Source: Armatimonadota bacterium (GTDB taxonomy: Bacteria; Armatimonadota; DTGP01; JAKQQT01). From it: 64,000 nucleotides of DNA. Where the stretch lies: positions 3,077 through 67,076 of the forward strand of contig DASXUL010000031.1 of NCBI GenBank assembly GCA_036504855.1. Reading direction: 5' to 3'. Both the position numbers and the translations under genes were made by a program. How positions within the stretch are numbered: position 1 is the first letter of the stretch; each line of letters begins with the position of its first letter. The notes under the pieces were generated by a model. The model did not search any database and was not told the DNA's origin. It saw nothing but the letters and a program-made list of their open reading frames with translations. Shown piece after piece: positions 18,465 to 29,184 of this stretch.

Positions 18465-19499
18465 TTGACGCAACCAACCACGCTTGGACGGAGGCTGGCC
18501 AACGCGGGCGCAGCGGCGCTGGCGGCCGGGCTCATGGCGGCCATGGCGTACGCCCCCAACCTCAGCCCCTACCACAACCGGGTGCGCGGCGTCTTCCTCT
18601 CCGTTGCGCCAATCTCCGCCGGTTTCCTGTTAGGCGCCGCCGCGCCCGCGTTCTGCCTCCGCCGCATGCGCGCTATCCTCCTCGCCGCGGCGCTCATCCT
18701 GCTGGCCGCGCTCTGGCCCCGCCTGCGAACTGACATCCCCTCGGCCTCACGCACAATGGTCCTGGGCGGCGGCCTCTGCATCGCCGTGGTCTTCGTTCGC
18801 ATCGGCATGCTCCAGGCCGGCGTTACCTGGGGCGGGCGCGAGGCGGACGATTCGGCCCCCAGATGGGCGGCGACCTTGGCCATCGCGTTCGCCTGGGCCT
18901 GGCTCGGCCTCACCGTGGCCAACCCCCGCGAAACGTTCGCCCCCACCCGCTGGCTCCTCACCGCAACCGGCGACCGGCCTTCCGCGTCCGCCCTCGCCGT
19001 GCCGATCGTCACCCGTCGAGAGTATGCAGTCTCGTCCGTGAACCCCGGGCCAGACCTGGTTCGCCGCGACGCTGGCATGTACCGGTTTGCTCTTCACAGC
19101 ATAGCCGTCAAGCGCGGCGAGGCCATGGCGGCCGCCTCCGTGGAACGCCGGGACGGCGCGCCGTTGCGCGAACCAATGTGGCTCAGTGTGGACGTCGCGG
19201 ACCCGATCGCCCCCGCCTTCGGAGCCGGCCTCGACCGTGAGACCGCTCTCCTCCCCGGCGACCCCAGTCTCCGCGCCGTCCATCAATCGGGTCGCGCGAA
19301 ACGCCTCACGGCTTACGCCTGGTTCGGCCTCACGCAAAGCGCCCCCTCGCTTCACGTTCGCGTTCGGCTGTGGGCTGTGCGCCGCGAGCATCCAGACGGA
19401 GGCCTGGACCTCGTGGCTCGCCAGGACGCCGATTTCGGCCTCATCCGCGTCTCACCCCGCCTTCCGGCCTGGTTGATCGCTCCACGCCGGCGCCCATAG
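18465..19499 (+). CDS. Hypothetical integral membrane protein
   Basis: N-terminal half holds several hydrophobic helices (AALAAGLMAAMAYAP, FLLGAAAPAFCL, ILLAAALILLAALW, LAIAFAWAWLGL). Long ORF in the expected frame. Confidence 0.4.
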   Translation: MTQPTTLGRRLANAGAAALAAGLMAAMAYAPNLSPYHNRVRGVFLSVAPISAGFLLGAAAPAFCLRRMRAILLAAALILLAALWPRLRTDIPSASRTMVLGGGLCIAVVFVRIGMLQAGVTWGGREADDSAPRWAATLAIAFAWAWLGLTVANPRETFAPTRWLLTATGDRPSASALAVPIVTRREYAVSSVNPGPDLVRRDAGMYRFALHSIAVKRGEAMAAASVERRDGAPLREPMWLSVDVADPIAPAFGAGLDRETALLPGDPSLRAVHQSGRAKRLTAYAWFGLTQSAPSLHVRVRLWAVRREHPDGGLDLVARQDADFGLIRVSPRLPAWLIAPRRRP

Positions 19500-19559
19500 C
19501 CATACGCCTGCCGCAACGCCTAGGATGGCCGGGAGCACAACGCGTCCGAGGAGAACGCC

Positions 19560-22196
19560 ATGCACATCGTTCGTCTCTGTCTTCCGGCGCTGCTGGCGGT
19601 TGCGGGCCACGCGACCGAGCCGGCGGCGCCCCTCGTGAAGGACCTCGTTCAGTTCGCCGGCGGAAAGCCCGTTCCCATCGTGGCTGTGGCCGCATGGGAC
19701 GGGGCTGTTGAGCGCTCCGGGCCTCCGCCTTCAACAGCCGGCAAGGCATGGCTCCCGGCTCTCCAGGCCATCGCCGAAGGAGCCTCGACACCAAGCGATA
19801 CCGCCATCCCCTTCGGTTTCGGCGCCGTGTGGACCATTGCGCCCGACGAGATGACGGTCCCCAGCCTGCCCATCGGCCCGTTCGACCCGCTGACGACCCT
19901 ACGGGCGGACACCCTGTTTCCGATGGTCGCCGCCAGCCTAACGCCGGAACAGATGGAGAAGGCCTCCGCGGGCGGGTTGACCTGGAATGATTGGACGGTG
20001 GACCAGCAGCGCCTGCTCACCGCCGCGTTTAGCCGGCCCGGCCTCTCCGCCTCCACGGTATCGTGGGCGGGCGGGGTACCAACATCGCGCGCCACACCGT
20101 TGCCCGGCGGCGCGCTGCCCATCTGGCGCGCAAGGGTGCGCCTTGGGCTGGCCTTTCGATATCTGCGCATCCCCGCCGCGGACGGTGGATTCGGCTCTGG
20201 GTACTATCTGCACACCGAAGAGCCGCGGCTCCGTTTCCCTTCCGAATCGATGTCTCCCATCGGGTACGACCCCCCGATTACGTCGCACTGCCGACAGACC
20301 GCCAGACTGAAGCCGCAGGGCATCGCCTTCGGCAGCGCGGCGCTGTCGGCCCCGATCGGCGTCTCCGGTTCCCTCACCGTCGCCGAGGTCGTCAAGGCCG
20401 CCGCTGCGGCAACCGGTCTGTCGATAAAGGTCGATCCGCATTTCGCCGGCAAGCCCGCCTTCGTTGGCGACTCCAGGTTGCGCGCCGGCGACGTTATGAA
20501 GGCTCTGGCGTTCGACCTCAGCGCCGCGTGGCGTCGCATTGGCCGTCACCTGTACCTGGCGTGGGACATGCTGGGTTTCGCGGCGTTCGACACGCTGCTG
20601 CGGGAGACCGCCGAACCCGTGCAGGAGGCGTTGCGCACCTTCTCGGCATCGATCGCCAGAAGCGGTTGGGTGGCCGACGCGTTCCAATACGTGGCGCCGC
20701 GGGCCGCGGCGCGAATCGGCCCAACCCCGGAACAAGTTGCCGCGCTCGCACGGGTCCCCCCCATCACGGCGAACGTGATCAACGCGGAGGACGCCAGTAC
20801 GCTTCCCTTCAGCCAGTTGACTTCGGCGCAGCAGGCCGCCATCCGCGCGGTGATGCCGCCGATCGAGCCCGGCGATCTCCAGCGCGCCGTCGTCGGTAAC
20901 CTGACCATCGAGGCCACCGTTCAGGTTCCAGGGCTGCCGCCGATGCTGCTAGGCGAAAACGGGCTCGCGGGGATTGACGCCGTGTTCACCGCGCCCGCGC
21001 CGGCCCAGAATCCCAAGGCCGACTGGCCGCCGAAGAACCTGCCGGGCGAGGGCTCCATCCGGTTGCCGCAGCCGGTGCGAGCGCTGGCGCCGACCCTCCT
21101 CACCCGCGGCGAATGGCCCCGACTGCTGGAGCAGATGCGCCGAAAGGGCCTCAATTGCCTGTACTTCCCCGTGCTGTGGGACGGACACGCAACCTTCCCG
21201 TGCAAAGCCTTCCCGCTGGCTCCAGAGGCGCGCGGCGTGGATCTGCTGGCCGAGGTAGCGACACGGGCGAAGCCGCTTGGCATTCGCGTTGTTGGAGTTG
21301 TCCATACGCTCGCGTGGCGCTTCCCTGGAGGCGGCGAGCTCCACTGGCTGCACCGGCATCCGGAAATGGTGGACGTGGACGCGGCGGGCCGCACGCGGCG
21401 CGAATGGGCCACGCCGGAACGGTTGCGCTCGCCGCTCTACAAAGGCGCCGACTGGGCGGAGGACCCACTCGCGTTTTCCGATATGGCGGACCCGACCCTG
21501 CCGGCGGTGCGCTCACGCCTGCTGGCCTTCTGCGCCGAGCTGCGGGCCCACGGCGGCCTTGACGGCGTGGCGCTGGCCCATTGGACACGCGGCGCGGGCC
21601 AAGATTACCCCGGCTCGCTGATGCCGATGTTGGGTTACACGATACCTGCCCGCGCGGCCTTCCTCGAAAAGCGCGACGAGGATATCGCCGACACGCCGTT
21701 GGAGCCATTCTGGCGAGGGCGAACGTGGTCGCCGTTCGGCCCCGCCGATCAGAGGCTCGTGTTCTCGGACACGGCGAGCCAGTGGCGGGGGCTGCAGTGG
21801 GATGCGGAGATCGATCTGGTGGACGCGCTGGAAGACGAACTGCGCAAGACGTGGATAGCCGGCGTGAGCGTGTTCTACCCCTATGAAGCCGCAGTCCCGG
21901 CGCCGTTGGCGGCCAAGCGATTGGAAGCGGATACGCTCATCGCCTCAACCGCTTCGGGGAAAGGGGAGTACCAATGGCTTCCGGCGCCGAAGCCCGTCGA
22001 TCCCGCGCCCGGCTACATCCAGACCTACCTCGGCGACGAACTGGCGAAGGCCAACGAGAACCGCGCCGCCCGAGCCGCCATCCGCCTTCAGCGCCTCACC
22101 GGCCCCTCCGCCGCCAACCTCGCCGGCGTCGTGCTGGACTTCACCACCGGCCCAGACCTGATGTGGGATGCGTTGAGGTTGGTCGCCGGGCCGTGA
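19560..22196 (+). CDS. Secreted 878-aa protein with a C-terminal GHL10-like (PF02638-type) glycoside-hydrolase-like TIM-barrel domain
   Basis: Signal peptide MHIVRLCLPALLAVAGHA. Segment LYFPVLWDGHATFPCKAFP...GVDLLAEVATRAKPLGIRVVGVVHTLAWRF resembles the conserved GHL10 core. Confidence 0.5.
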   Translation: MHIVRLCLPALLAVAGHATEPAAPLVKDLVQFAGGKPVPIVAVAAWDGAVERSGPPPSTAGKAWLPALQAIAEGASTPSDTAIPFGFGAVWTIAPDEMTVPSLPIGPFDPLTTLRADTLFPMVAASLTPEQMEKASAGGLTWNDWTVDQQRLLTAAFSRPGLSASTVSWAGGVPTSRATPLPGGALPIWRARVRLGLAFRYLRIPAADGGFGSGYYLHTEEPRLRFPSESMSPIGYDPPITSHCRQTARLKPQGIAFGSAALSAPIGVSGSLTVAEVVKAAAAATGLSIKVDPHFAGKPAFVGDSRLRAGDVMKALAFDLSAAWRRIGRHLYLAWDMLGFAAFDTLLRETAEPVQEALRTFSASIARSGWVADAFQYVAPRAAARIGPTPEQVAALARVPPITANVINAEDASTLPFSQLTSAQQAAIRAVMPPIEPGDLQRAVVGNLTIEATVQVPGLPPMLLGENGLAGIDAVFTAPAPAQNPKADWPPKNLPGEGSIRLPQPVRALAPTLLTRGEWPRLLEQMRRKGLNCLYFPVLWDGHATFPCKAFPLAPEARGVDLLAEVATRAKPLGIRVVGVVHTLAWRFPGGGELHWLHRHPEMVDVDAAGRTRREWATPERLRSPLYKGADWAEDPLAFSDMADPTLPAVRSRLLAFCAELRAHGGLDGVALAHWTRGAGQDYPGSLMPMLGYTIPARAAFLEKRDEDIADTPLEPFWRGRTWSPFGPADQRLVFSDTASQWRGLQWDAEIDLVDALEDELRKTWIAGVSVFYPYEAAVPAPLAAKRLEADTLIASTASGKGEYQWLPAPKPVDPAPGYIQTYLGDELAKANENRAARAAIRLQRLTGPSAANLAGVVLDFTTGPDLMWDALRLVAGP

Positions 22197-22320
22197 CGCG
22201 TCAGCTGTCAGCTATCAGCCTTCAGCAATCAACCGGAAGCTCCGCCCAACGAGGACAGTATCCTCGACGGGCGGAGCTTCCGGCTGATGGCTGAAGGCTG
22301 ATAGCAGACAGCTGATATTC
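22197..22320. repeat. Nested-palindrome intergenic element, copy 3 (variant heptamers CAGCTGT / CAGCTAT / CAGCAAT), between convergent genes
   Basis: gtcagctgtcagctatcagccttcagcaatcaaccggaagctccgcccaacgaggacagtatcctcgacgggcggagcttccggctgatggctgaaggctgatagcagacagctgat. Confidence 0.7.
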
Positions 22321-22321
22321 C

Positions 22322-23260
22322 TCACGCCATCGTGCGGTCCAGGCGGTTGAGCTGGAACTCCACGGGGGCGGCGGCGGCCAGCAGTTGCGTGGTGGTCTCG
22401 GTCTGGATGATCACGTCGTTGATGTCGGCCAGCACCTGTTCCGGCGGCAGGGTGCGGATCTGGTCGGAGATCAGGCCGAAGGTATTCTCGATGAGGTCAA
22501 GCTGGCACTCCAGGTTGGTGATGATGTTGCCCAGTTCGCCGATCCGCTCGCGCCGCTTCTGAACCACTTCCAGGTTCTTCTGAAGCACGAGGCGGTTGGC
22601 GTCGTTGGCCGCGCCCGCGACGCTGCCCTTAAGCTGCTCGATACGGGAATCCAGCCCTGTTTGAACCTGCTCGATGATGGAGGCCATCTCGGCGGTCTTG
22701 CGGGGCTGGCCGTTCACCGGGATGCGCAGCCCATCCTGTTTCTCGGTGATGAGCACGCTGGCCAGGTCGAAAATGCGGTCCACCCATCCGGCGCCCTGGA
22801 AAACCGGGCCCGGCGTTGGGCGCACCATGTCCACCAGGTATGCGCGGTACTGCGCGGACTTCGCGCCGAACTGGAGGAACTTGTCCAGCAGCACGTCCAT
22901 CTGGCGGCAAACGATGACTGTGTGCTCACGGCCGAAACCGATTGCGGCGGCGTTGGGAAGCTGGTTGCGCATGGTTTCCAGGCGCTGGAAGCGGCCGCGA
23001 TCCTGCGGCAGCAAGCCGGGCAGGATTTCGCGCTTCATCTTGGCGCGCTCCAACTGCCGGGTGCGCAGAGCGCGCCCCTCCAGCACGTTGCGGTACCAGC
23101 CGCTGTCAGGCACGAAGAGCATGTAGCCGAGTTCCATGGCGGCGGCAACGAAGAGCACCGCCGGATCCTCCGTGGCCATCGCCACAAAGAAGGCGAACAC
23201 CACGAACAGGAGGTTCAGGGGCTCCGCAAACGCCGACTTCACGGTTTGTGGCACTCTCAT
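22322..23260 (-). CDS. Hypothetical membrane-anchored coiled-coil protein
   Basis: N-terminal hydrophobic pair (LNLLFVVFAFFVAMA, VLFVAAAMELGYMLFV), then a long helical, charged region. Confidence 0.4.
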   Translation of the reverse strand: MRVPQTVKSAFAEPLNLLFVVFAFFVAMATEDPAVLFVAAAMELGYMLFVPDSGWYRNVLEGRALRTRQLERAKMKREILPGLLPQDRGRFQRLETMRNQLPNAAAIGFGREHTVIVCRQMDVLLDKFLQFGAKSAQYRAYLVDMVRPTPGPVFQGAGWVDRIFDLASVLITEKQDGLRIPVNGQPRKTAEMASIIEQVQTGLDSRIEQLKGSVAGAANDANRLVLQKNLEVVQKRRERIGELGNIITNLECQLDLIENTFGLISDQIRTLPPEQVLADINDVIIQTETTTQLLAAAAPVEFQLNRLDRTMA

Positions 23261-23364
23261 CTGTTCTTCCTATCACCCGCTCCAGGCCAACGTTGGTGAA
23301 CACATCGTCCGCGGCGTCGCGTTCCATGCTCCAAAGAATCGACGTTCGCGCCGCAGCCTGCGGT

Positions 23365-24426
23365 TCAGTGCTCCGCGATGGCGTCTCGCAAGGGACCCGC
23401 GTCCATAGGCGCTGAAAAGTCGGGCAACGGGCCGCTTGTGACGGCTCTCGCCTGCTTGGCCGCCAATCTCGCGTAGCCCGCCATTCCGCCGGCCAGGCCG
23501 GCGAAGGCCATTTGGTCCGTCACGCTGGCCGGCGCAAGCTGACGCGAAAGGTCTTCAGCGTTGATGCCGGTCGCCTTCGCCTGTTCGGCCACGTAACGCT
23601 TCCAGTCTGAAGTGTTCCCCGAAATGGCTTCCTGGCCCTTCAACCAGGCCCGCACCAGGCGGGTAACCGTCTCGGGGCTCCGCCTCGCCAAAGCGGCGCT
23701 AACCACCAGAACGTCCGGCATCGCCGCCGGCAACTTCGCCGTGCTTTGCCATGTCGGCCACTGGCGCGCGCGGGCCGGCATCTGGTCCACCCTCCCGGCG
23801 ATGGCCTTCGCGGCGCCGTTGGGACTGCGCGCCGCGCCGTCTCGGATCGTTCGCAGAGCCTTGCTCTTCTCCTCCGGGCTGTACCGCGCGGATCCGTACA
23901 CCACGGCCATCAGATAGTCCGCGCTGCCGGACCGGGTGGTGTCCACCGCCTGGTCCGCCGGAGCGGGCTTCCCATCCTCGGTGCGAACGGCGTCTGAGCC
24001 GGCCCGCCACGAGACAAGCAAAACCACCGGCGGCGGCGCTTCGCCGTCCATCGCCGCGCGGACGACGCTTGGATAGTCCACCACGGCCGCATCCAACGAT
24101 CCGCTCGCCAGCCCGGACACCGGGTCCTGATTCGCATCCGCCCAGGACACGCGTTCCAGGCGAACCGGCTGTCCAAGCCCATCGGCCAGAGCCGGGTTGG
24201 GCACGACGCCCGGTTGACTCAGGTCCAGCGCAGCCGGGGGCGGGCAGCCCGCGTAACCAATCACGAAGCCATCGTGCGCGGAGGGAACCGCGCGAGGCAG
24301 AATAGCGGCAACCGGCCGGGCCCTCGGGAGCCGGTGGCGAACCGTAGACGTTGCCCGCCAGAGCCCGTAGAGGCCGGCAAGTCCCAGGGCGAACGCGGCG
24401 AGCTTCCCGGCGAACCGAAGGCGCAT
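23365..24426 (-). CDS. Putative periplasmic substrate-binding protein (NMT1/SsuA-like). Weak call.
   Basis: N-terminal signal/anchor LAAFALGLAGLYGLW, and an alpha/beta pattern with LVVSAALARRSPETVTRLVRAWLKG typical of SBP C-terminal lobes. Confidence 0.35.
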   Translation of the reverse strand: MRLRFAGKLAAFALGLAGLYGLWRATSTVRHRLPRARPVAAILPRAVPSAHDGFVIGYAGCPPPAALDLSQPGVVPNPALADGLGQPVRLERVSWADANQDPVSGLASGSLDAAVVDYPSVVRAAMDGEAPPPVVLLVSWRAGSDAVRTEDGKPAPADQAVDTTRSGSADYLMAVVYGSARYSPEEKSKALRTIRDGAARSPNGAAKAIAGRVDQMPARARQWPTWQSTAKLPAAMPDVLVVSAALARRSPETVTRLVRAWLKGQEAISGNTSDWKRYVAEQAKATGINAEDLSRQLAPASVTDQMAFAGLAGGMAGYARLAAKQARAVTSGPLPDFSAPMDAGPLRDAIAEH

Positions 24427-24433
24427 TGGCCCC

Positions 24434-25198
24434 CTACTGTTTCTGTTCGATGGTCGTTTGAACCGGCATCTCGACGGTCTCCGACTGCGCCGGGTTCAGT
24501 TGCCGGGCGCTGTCGCTTCCCGCCGGAGCCAGGCCGAGTTGCTGCTGGTACTGCAGGTACGCGGTGGAGGCGGCCATCGAGGCCGCGCTGGCCTTCACCT
24601 GGGCGAGTTGGGCCTCGGTAGACCGTCCGCTCACTTCCAGCATGCCCTGGGCCTTGGCATAACGCTCGTCGATGCGGCGGCTCACTTCGTCCAGCACGGC
24701 GGAATCGTCGCCGGATTCGAAGGAGGCGCGGAGCTGCGCCATCTGCTCCACCATCGCCGCCTGCTTATTCTTGTTGATCTGCTGCAGAGCCTGCTGCGTG
24801 CGGCGCTCCACTTCGGACTCGTAGGCGTCCAGAAGCTGCTTCGCCTGCTCCGCCGCCTGCTGCGCGAGGTCGAGCTGATGCTGCTTGTCGCCGAGGCCTG
24901 CCTCCAGGGTCTGCTTGCGGCCAATGAGCACCTCAGCGGCCTGACGCATGGACTCTCCGCCTCGAACGGCGGCGACGATCTGCGGCTCCAGAGCGGCCAG
25001 CTCGCGCTGCGCGGTGTCCAGATCGGCCTGGGCCATGTTGCGAGCGCCCAGGGCGCTGGCGACGGCCATGCGCATCTTCGGCACCTTGGCGCGCATATCG
25101 CGCATCAACTGCTTGAGGGTGAGCTCGGGGTCTTCGGCGTTCTCAAAGAAGGCGCCCCAGAAGCCGCGCCAGATGCGAACGAACCAGTTGGTGAACAT
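24434..25198 (-). CDS. pspA: PspA/IM30 family protein (phage shock protein A-like)
   Basis: MFTNWFVRIWRGFWGAFFENAEDPELTLKQLMRDMRAKV matches the conserved PspA N-terminus. Coiled coils throughout. ATG at 25198; the ORF's upstream 57 codons are unlikely to be coding. Confidence 0.75.
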   Translation of the reverse strand: MFTNWFVRIWRGFWGAFFENAEDPELTLKQLMRDMRAKVPKMRMAVASALGARNMAQADLDTAQRELAALEPQIVAAVRGGESMRQAAEVLIGRKQTLEAGLGDKQHQLDLAQQAAEQAKQLLDAYESEVERRTQQALQQINKNKQAAMVEQMAQLRASFESGDDSAVLDEVSRRIDERYAKAQGMLEVSGRSTEAQLAQVKASAASMAASTAYLQYQQQLGLAPAGSDSARQLNPAQSETVEMPVQTTIEQKQ

Positions 25199-25343
25199 CG
25201 CGAGTTGACCGTTCCTTTCCCAATCGCCGGAGCGCCCCGGCGCGTTATGGCAAACCAGACGGGGATGTCGTCTCTCCCCTGCGTCTATCGATACGCCCGC
25301 ACGGCCCCCAAGGTTACGCGAACCTCCGGCAACCGGCGGCGGT

Positions 25344-26066
25344 TTACTGCGAGAGCTGGAACACGACATTGCGGTTGGCGCGCACCTCGGCGGGACGGCC
25401 GTGGCGAAGCGCCGGGCGGAACTTGAGGCGTTTCACATAGTCTACCGCGGCGTCGTCCAGACGATTGTCGCCGGATGACTGGGTAACGTGAGCCTCGCTG
25501 ACGGTTCCCTCGGTTGAGATGGTGAACCCGACCTTGGCCGTGCCCTGCACGCCGTCGTTGTACGCGGAGGCGGGGTACTCCTGCGCTGGGTCGTTCATCT
25601 TCACGGGGTCCCGATCGACATCGCTGGAGGAGTCGGAGGAATCAGATGAATCGCCGGCCGTGTCCGCGTGATCGTCCGGCGTCACCGTTGGAGGCTCGGA
25701 ATCCTTGGGCAAAACCACGGGGGGCTCCACCTGACGGTAAGCCGGCTGCTTCGCGGCCTTGGAGGGCGCCGGCGCCAGGGTGGGCGGCGTTGCCACGGGC
25801 GCGGGAACGGGAACTGGGGTGGCCGCCACCGGCGGCACTTCGGTTACAGTTACCTTCCCCTTCGGAAGCGCGGGAGGAGGCGCCACGGTGGGGGCCGCCA
25901 CGGGCGCCGGGGAGGAGGCGGGAGGCGGCGAGTTGCGCTTCCCTACGTAGTAAGCGCCCAGGATCAGCAGGGCGATGACGGGCAGCATGGCCCACCAACG
26001 CGGATCAGTCTTCCGTGTCTCGTCCGTCCTCACGACGTTTGGTTGCTGCGTGCCCTTGGGCTCCAT
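25344..26066 (-). CDS. tonB: TonB-family energy transducer (TM anchor, Pro-rich spacer, TonB C-terminal domain)
   Basis: LPVIALLILGAYYV anchor. PAPVAAPTVAPPPALP...PVPAPVATPP proline-rich region. C-terminal YPASAYNDGVQGTAKVGFTISTEGTVSEAHV...VDYVKRLKFRPA. Confidence 0.65.
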   Translation of the reverse strand: MEPKGTQQPNVVRTDETRKTDPRWWAMLPVIALLILGAYYVGKRNSPPPASSPAPVAAPTVAPPPALPKGKVTVTEVPPVAATPVPVPAPVATPPTLAPAPSKAAKQPAYRQVEPPVVLPKDSEPPTVTPDDHADTAGDSSDSSDSSSDVDRDPVKMNDPAQEYPASAYNDGVQGTAKVGFTISTEGTVSEAHVTQSSGDNRLDDAAVDYVKRLKFRPALRHGRPAEVRANRNVVFQLSQ

Positions 26067-26268
26067 CCCCTGCTCCTTCCGGTGGCATTCACACAAGATG
26101 ATAGCACCGGAATCGGAGACCGTTCACCGCCAGCGCATGAAGTCACCGCGGATAACAAAGGGGACACGGAGTTACACGCGACGCTCGGGCAATGATCAAC
26201 GACCGTTCCCGAACCCTCCGTGCGGCGCCGTGCCCCCTATGTTACGCTCCGCGGTGCGCCCGCCTGGC

Positions 26269-26590
26269 CTAAAGGTGCGGCTGGAGCTTGCCGGCGATGG
26301 CCTGTTTCGGCATGGCGCCGATGATCTGATCCACGCGCTCGCCGTTCTTGAAGATCATCAGCGTGGGGATGCTCATGATGCCGAACGAGCCGGCGATGCC
26401 GGGCGCCTCGTCCGTGTTCACCTTCACCACCTTGAGTTTGCCCGCGTAATCCTTCGCCAACTCCTCAACAACGGGGGCCACCATACGACAGGGGCCACAC
26501 CAGGGAGCCCAGAAATCCACCAGTACGGTGATCGGGCTATCCAACACTTCCTGCTGGAAGTTCTGCTCGTTTACTTCAGTCGCGGCGCTC
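26269..26590 (-). CDS. trxA: Thioredoxin
   Basis: WCGPC active site ([12 protein letters not shown]). 107 aa from MSAATEV; RBS aaggag upstream. Confidence 0.85.
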
Positions 26591-26676
26591 ATACCGTTCA
26601 CTACTCCTTGAGATTATACGAGATCTGGCCGCCGGCCCGCTCTCGTCTGCCATACACAGATGGACCCAAGGGCCCA

Positions 26677-27279
26677 TCAGATCGCGTCGTTCAAATGCTC
26701 GAGAAGCCACTGCGAGGCCGCGCGCATCGCGCGCCCCCGATGACTCACCATGTTCTTCTCGGACTCGGTCAACTCCGCCATGCTCCGGCCATCGGCAAAG
26801 AGGAATACCGGGTCGTATCCGAACCCGCCTTCCCCGCGCGGCGAAAGGGCAATGGTCCCCTCCACCGAGCCGGCGCCTTCCCACAGCGCTCCGCCTGGGG
26901 CTGCAATGCAGACGGCGCAGACGAACCGCCCATCGCGTCGATCAGTGGGCACGCCTTCCATCGCGGAAAGCAATTTCGCAATGCGCTCGGCATCCGTGGC
27001 GCCGTCCCCGGCCCACCGCTTTGAATGCAGCCCGGGGGCGCCGTCCAGCGCGTCCACCATCAAGCCGGAATCGTCCGCCAGGGCGATGGCCCCAGCGGCC
27101 GCGGCCACTGTCTGCGCCTTCAGGCGGGCGTTTGCGGCAAACGTCTCGCCCGTTTCCTCAACGTCGGTGATCTCGGCGGGGGCGGCGATGACGTTCCATC
27201 CGCAATCAGCGAGCAACGACTTCATCTCGATGACCTTATGCGCGTTCGCCGTTGCCAGCATCAGTGTTCGAATAGGCAT
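26677..27279 (-). CDS. rdgB: dITP/XTP pyrophosphatase (RdgB/Ham1 family)
   Basis: LMLATANAHKVIEM...ETGETFAANARLKA...FGYDPVF...SHRGRA are Ham1 motifs. Adjacent to rph, a conserved pairing. Confidence 0.82.
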   Translation of the reverse strand: MPIRTLMLATANAHKVIEMKSLLADCGWNVIAAPAEITDVEETGETFAANARLKAQTVAAAAGAIALADDSGLMVDALDGAPGLHSKRWAGDGATDAERIAKLLSAMEGVPTDRRDGRFVCAVCIAAPGGALWEGAGSVEGTIALSPRGEGGFGYDPVFLFADGRSMAELTESEKNMVSHRGRAMRAASQWLLEHLNDAI

Positions 27280-27323
27280 ATGGTGCAACAATGCGCCCCG
27301 GAAGGCGGTTCCTGACGCCGGCC

Positions 27324-28046
27324 TCAGCCGCGCGCCAGCGCTTCCTTCTGAACCTCAAACAGGTTGCGGATGCCGCCCTCCGCCAGGTCCAACATGCGGG
27401 TGAGGCGCTCGCGCCCGAATGGCGCGCCTTCGGCGGCGCCCTGCACCTCCACAAACTGCCCCGCCGAGGTCATCACCACGTTCATATCCACGGCGGCGGT
27501 GGAATCCTCGCGGTAGTTCAGATCCAGCGCTACCTGCCCGCCAACGATTCCTACGCTGATGGCAGCCAGGACATCGTGCACCGGGATGCGTTTCAGGCCG
27601 CGGGCGCGGGTCATCCATTCCAGAGCATCCATCATGGCCACATAGGCTCCGGTGATGGAGGCGGTGCGGGTGCCCCCGTCCGCCTGGATCACGTCACAAT
27701 CCACGGTAATGGTGCGCTCGCCCATGGCGGACAGGTCTACAACCGAACGCAGGCTGCGCCCGATGAGGCGTTGGATCTCAAGGCTGCGTCCGTTGGGCCG
27801 AGCCGTGGAATCGCGCTGGTTGCGGGTGTTGGTGGCGCGGGGCAACATGGAGTACTCGGCGGTGACCCAGCCGCGCCCGCTGTCCTTCAGGAACGGAGGG
27901 ACGCGATCCTCCACGCTGGCGGCGCAGATGACCTTCGTGTCGCCAAAAGCCACCAGGCAGGAGCCCTCGGGGTGTTTCAGGAATTGCCGCGTGATGCTCA
28001 CGGGGCGCAGTTCGTCCCAGGCCCGACCGTCCGATCTTCCGTTCAA
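27324..28046 (-). CDS. rph: Ribonuclease PH
   Basis: [43 protein letters not shown] matches the RNase PH N-terminus. Likely TTG start at 28046, preceded by RBS aggagg. The ORF's upstream 23 codons are probably untranslated. Confidence 0.82.
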   Translation of the reverse strand: MNGRSDGRAWDELRPVSITRQFLKHPEGSCLVAFGDTKVICAASVEDRVPPFLKDSGRGWVTAEYSMLPRATNTRNQRDSTARPNGRSLEIQRLIGRSLRSVVDLSAMGERTITVDCDVIQADGGTRTASITGAYVAMMDALEWMTRARGLKRIPVHDVLAAISVGIVGGQVALDLNYREDSTAAVDMNVVMTSAGQFVEVQGAAEGAPFGRERLTRMLDLAEGGIRNLFEVQKEALARG

Positions 28047-28111
28047 CAGCTTCCTCCTCCGGCGCCGGGAACAGCGCACCCGCTCAGGATAGGCGGGGGC
28101 GCCGGACCGGA

Positions 28112-28942
28112 TCAATTGCCGGCCGCCAATCCCTTGCGCAGAAGGAACGCCCCCTTATCGGTTCGCATGGGAAGAGCGCGGAGCGCTGGGAACTCCGCCA
28201 GCCATCGCCGCACGCACTCCTGCTCGTCCGGGCGGATGCCGTCGTCAACGAGGATCAGCGCTCCGTCGGCGAGCCGCGAATAGAGCATCGGCAAGGCGGG
28301 GTAGCGGGCCAGCGGCTGCACCGTCTCGGGCGGCCCGTCAATGACGAGAAGGTCGATGGCATCCACGCCATCCAGCGCCGAAACGTCGTACCATCGCCAT
28401 GGATTGGCCCCGATGCGATGCTCGCACAGCGGCGCGTCGTGCACCGTAGCAAAGCCCGCCAGGCCGTGGATGGCAAGGGTCCGCCGCGTCTCGCAGGCGA
28501 AGACCGCGTCGTGGTCCAGCGAGACCACGCGGCCGCCGCCGAGCCGCTCCAGCGTATAGGCCGAGATCAGGGTAGAGACGCCGCTTCCCAGTTCCACGAT
28601 GGTGCGCGGCTTCGCCTCCAGGTTCAGGTTGATGAGGGTGCGGGCGAAATCCGCGGAGGCCGCCCAGCCGCCCATCGGGGGCAGCGGCGCGCGCACCGGC
28701 AGGCATGCCAGTACGTTCGCCAGCGCCTCGCTCTGGCGCGCGGCCTCCTCCATGCGGGCAAGGATGTCCGCGTAACGCCTCTTCGCGAGGATGAAGCCCG
28801 CCGCCGACAGCCCCAACCCGGCGGCGACAATGGGCAGCAATACCGCCGGCCCCCACAGCGGCCAGCCCGCGGCGCCCAGGATCAGGGCGGCCAACCCAAA
28901 TGCGGCGGCCAGCTTCTTTCCACTCAGGTTCGGCGTCATCAT
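28112..28942 (-). CDS. Membrane-anchored class I SAM-dependent methyltransferase
   Basis: Motif [12 protein letters not shown] and post-I acidic VVSLDHD. N-terminal [20 protein letters not shown]...[14 protein letters not shown] at 28942; the upstream part of the ORF is Arg/Cys-rich and unlikely to be coding. Confidence 0.5.
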   Translation of the reverse strand: MMTPNLSGKKLAAAFGLAALILGAAGWPLWGPAVLLPIVAAGLGLSAAGFILAKRRYADILARMEEAARQSEALANVLACLPVRAPLPPMGGWAASADFARTLINLNLEAKPRTIVELGSGVSTLISAYTLERLGGGRVVSLDHDAVFACETRRTLAIHGLAGFATVHDAPLCEHRIGANPWRWYDVSALDGVDAIDLLVIDGPPETVQPLARYPALPMLYSRLADGALILVDDGIRPDEQECVRRWLAEFPALRALPMRTDKGAFLLRKGLAAGN

Positions 28943-29184
28943 CACATTCACCTCGTAAAGACATGGGGCATGGCGGCAAAACGGGCCACGCGATCGGCTT
29001 CGACAGAGCGGGCAATGGGTACGGGCACAGTGTAGGACGCGAGCGTTCCGCCGAACCAACCGAACCGCCCCCCCGCCCCCCAATCCTGGGGGACCCAAAA
29101 GTGAACGCGCGGTTCTGACGCGACGCTTACGCCGAGCGAATGGCTTGGGTCCCCCAGGATTGGTGGGCAGGGGGGCAGAGAAGC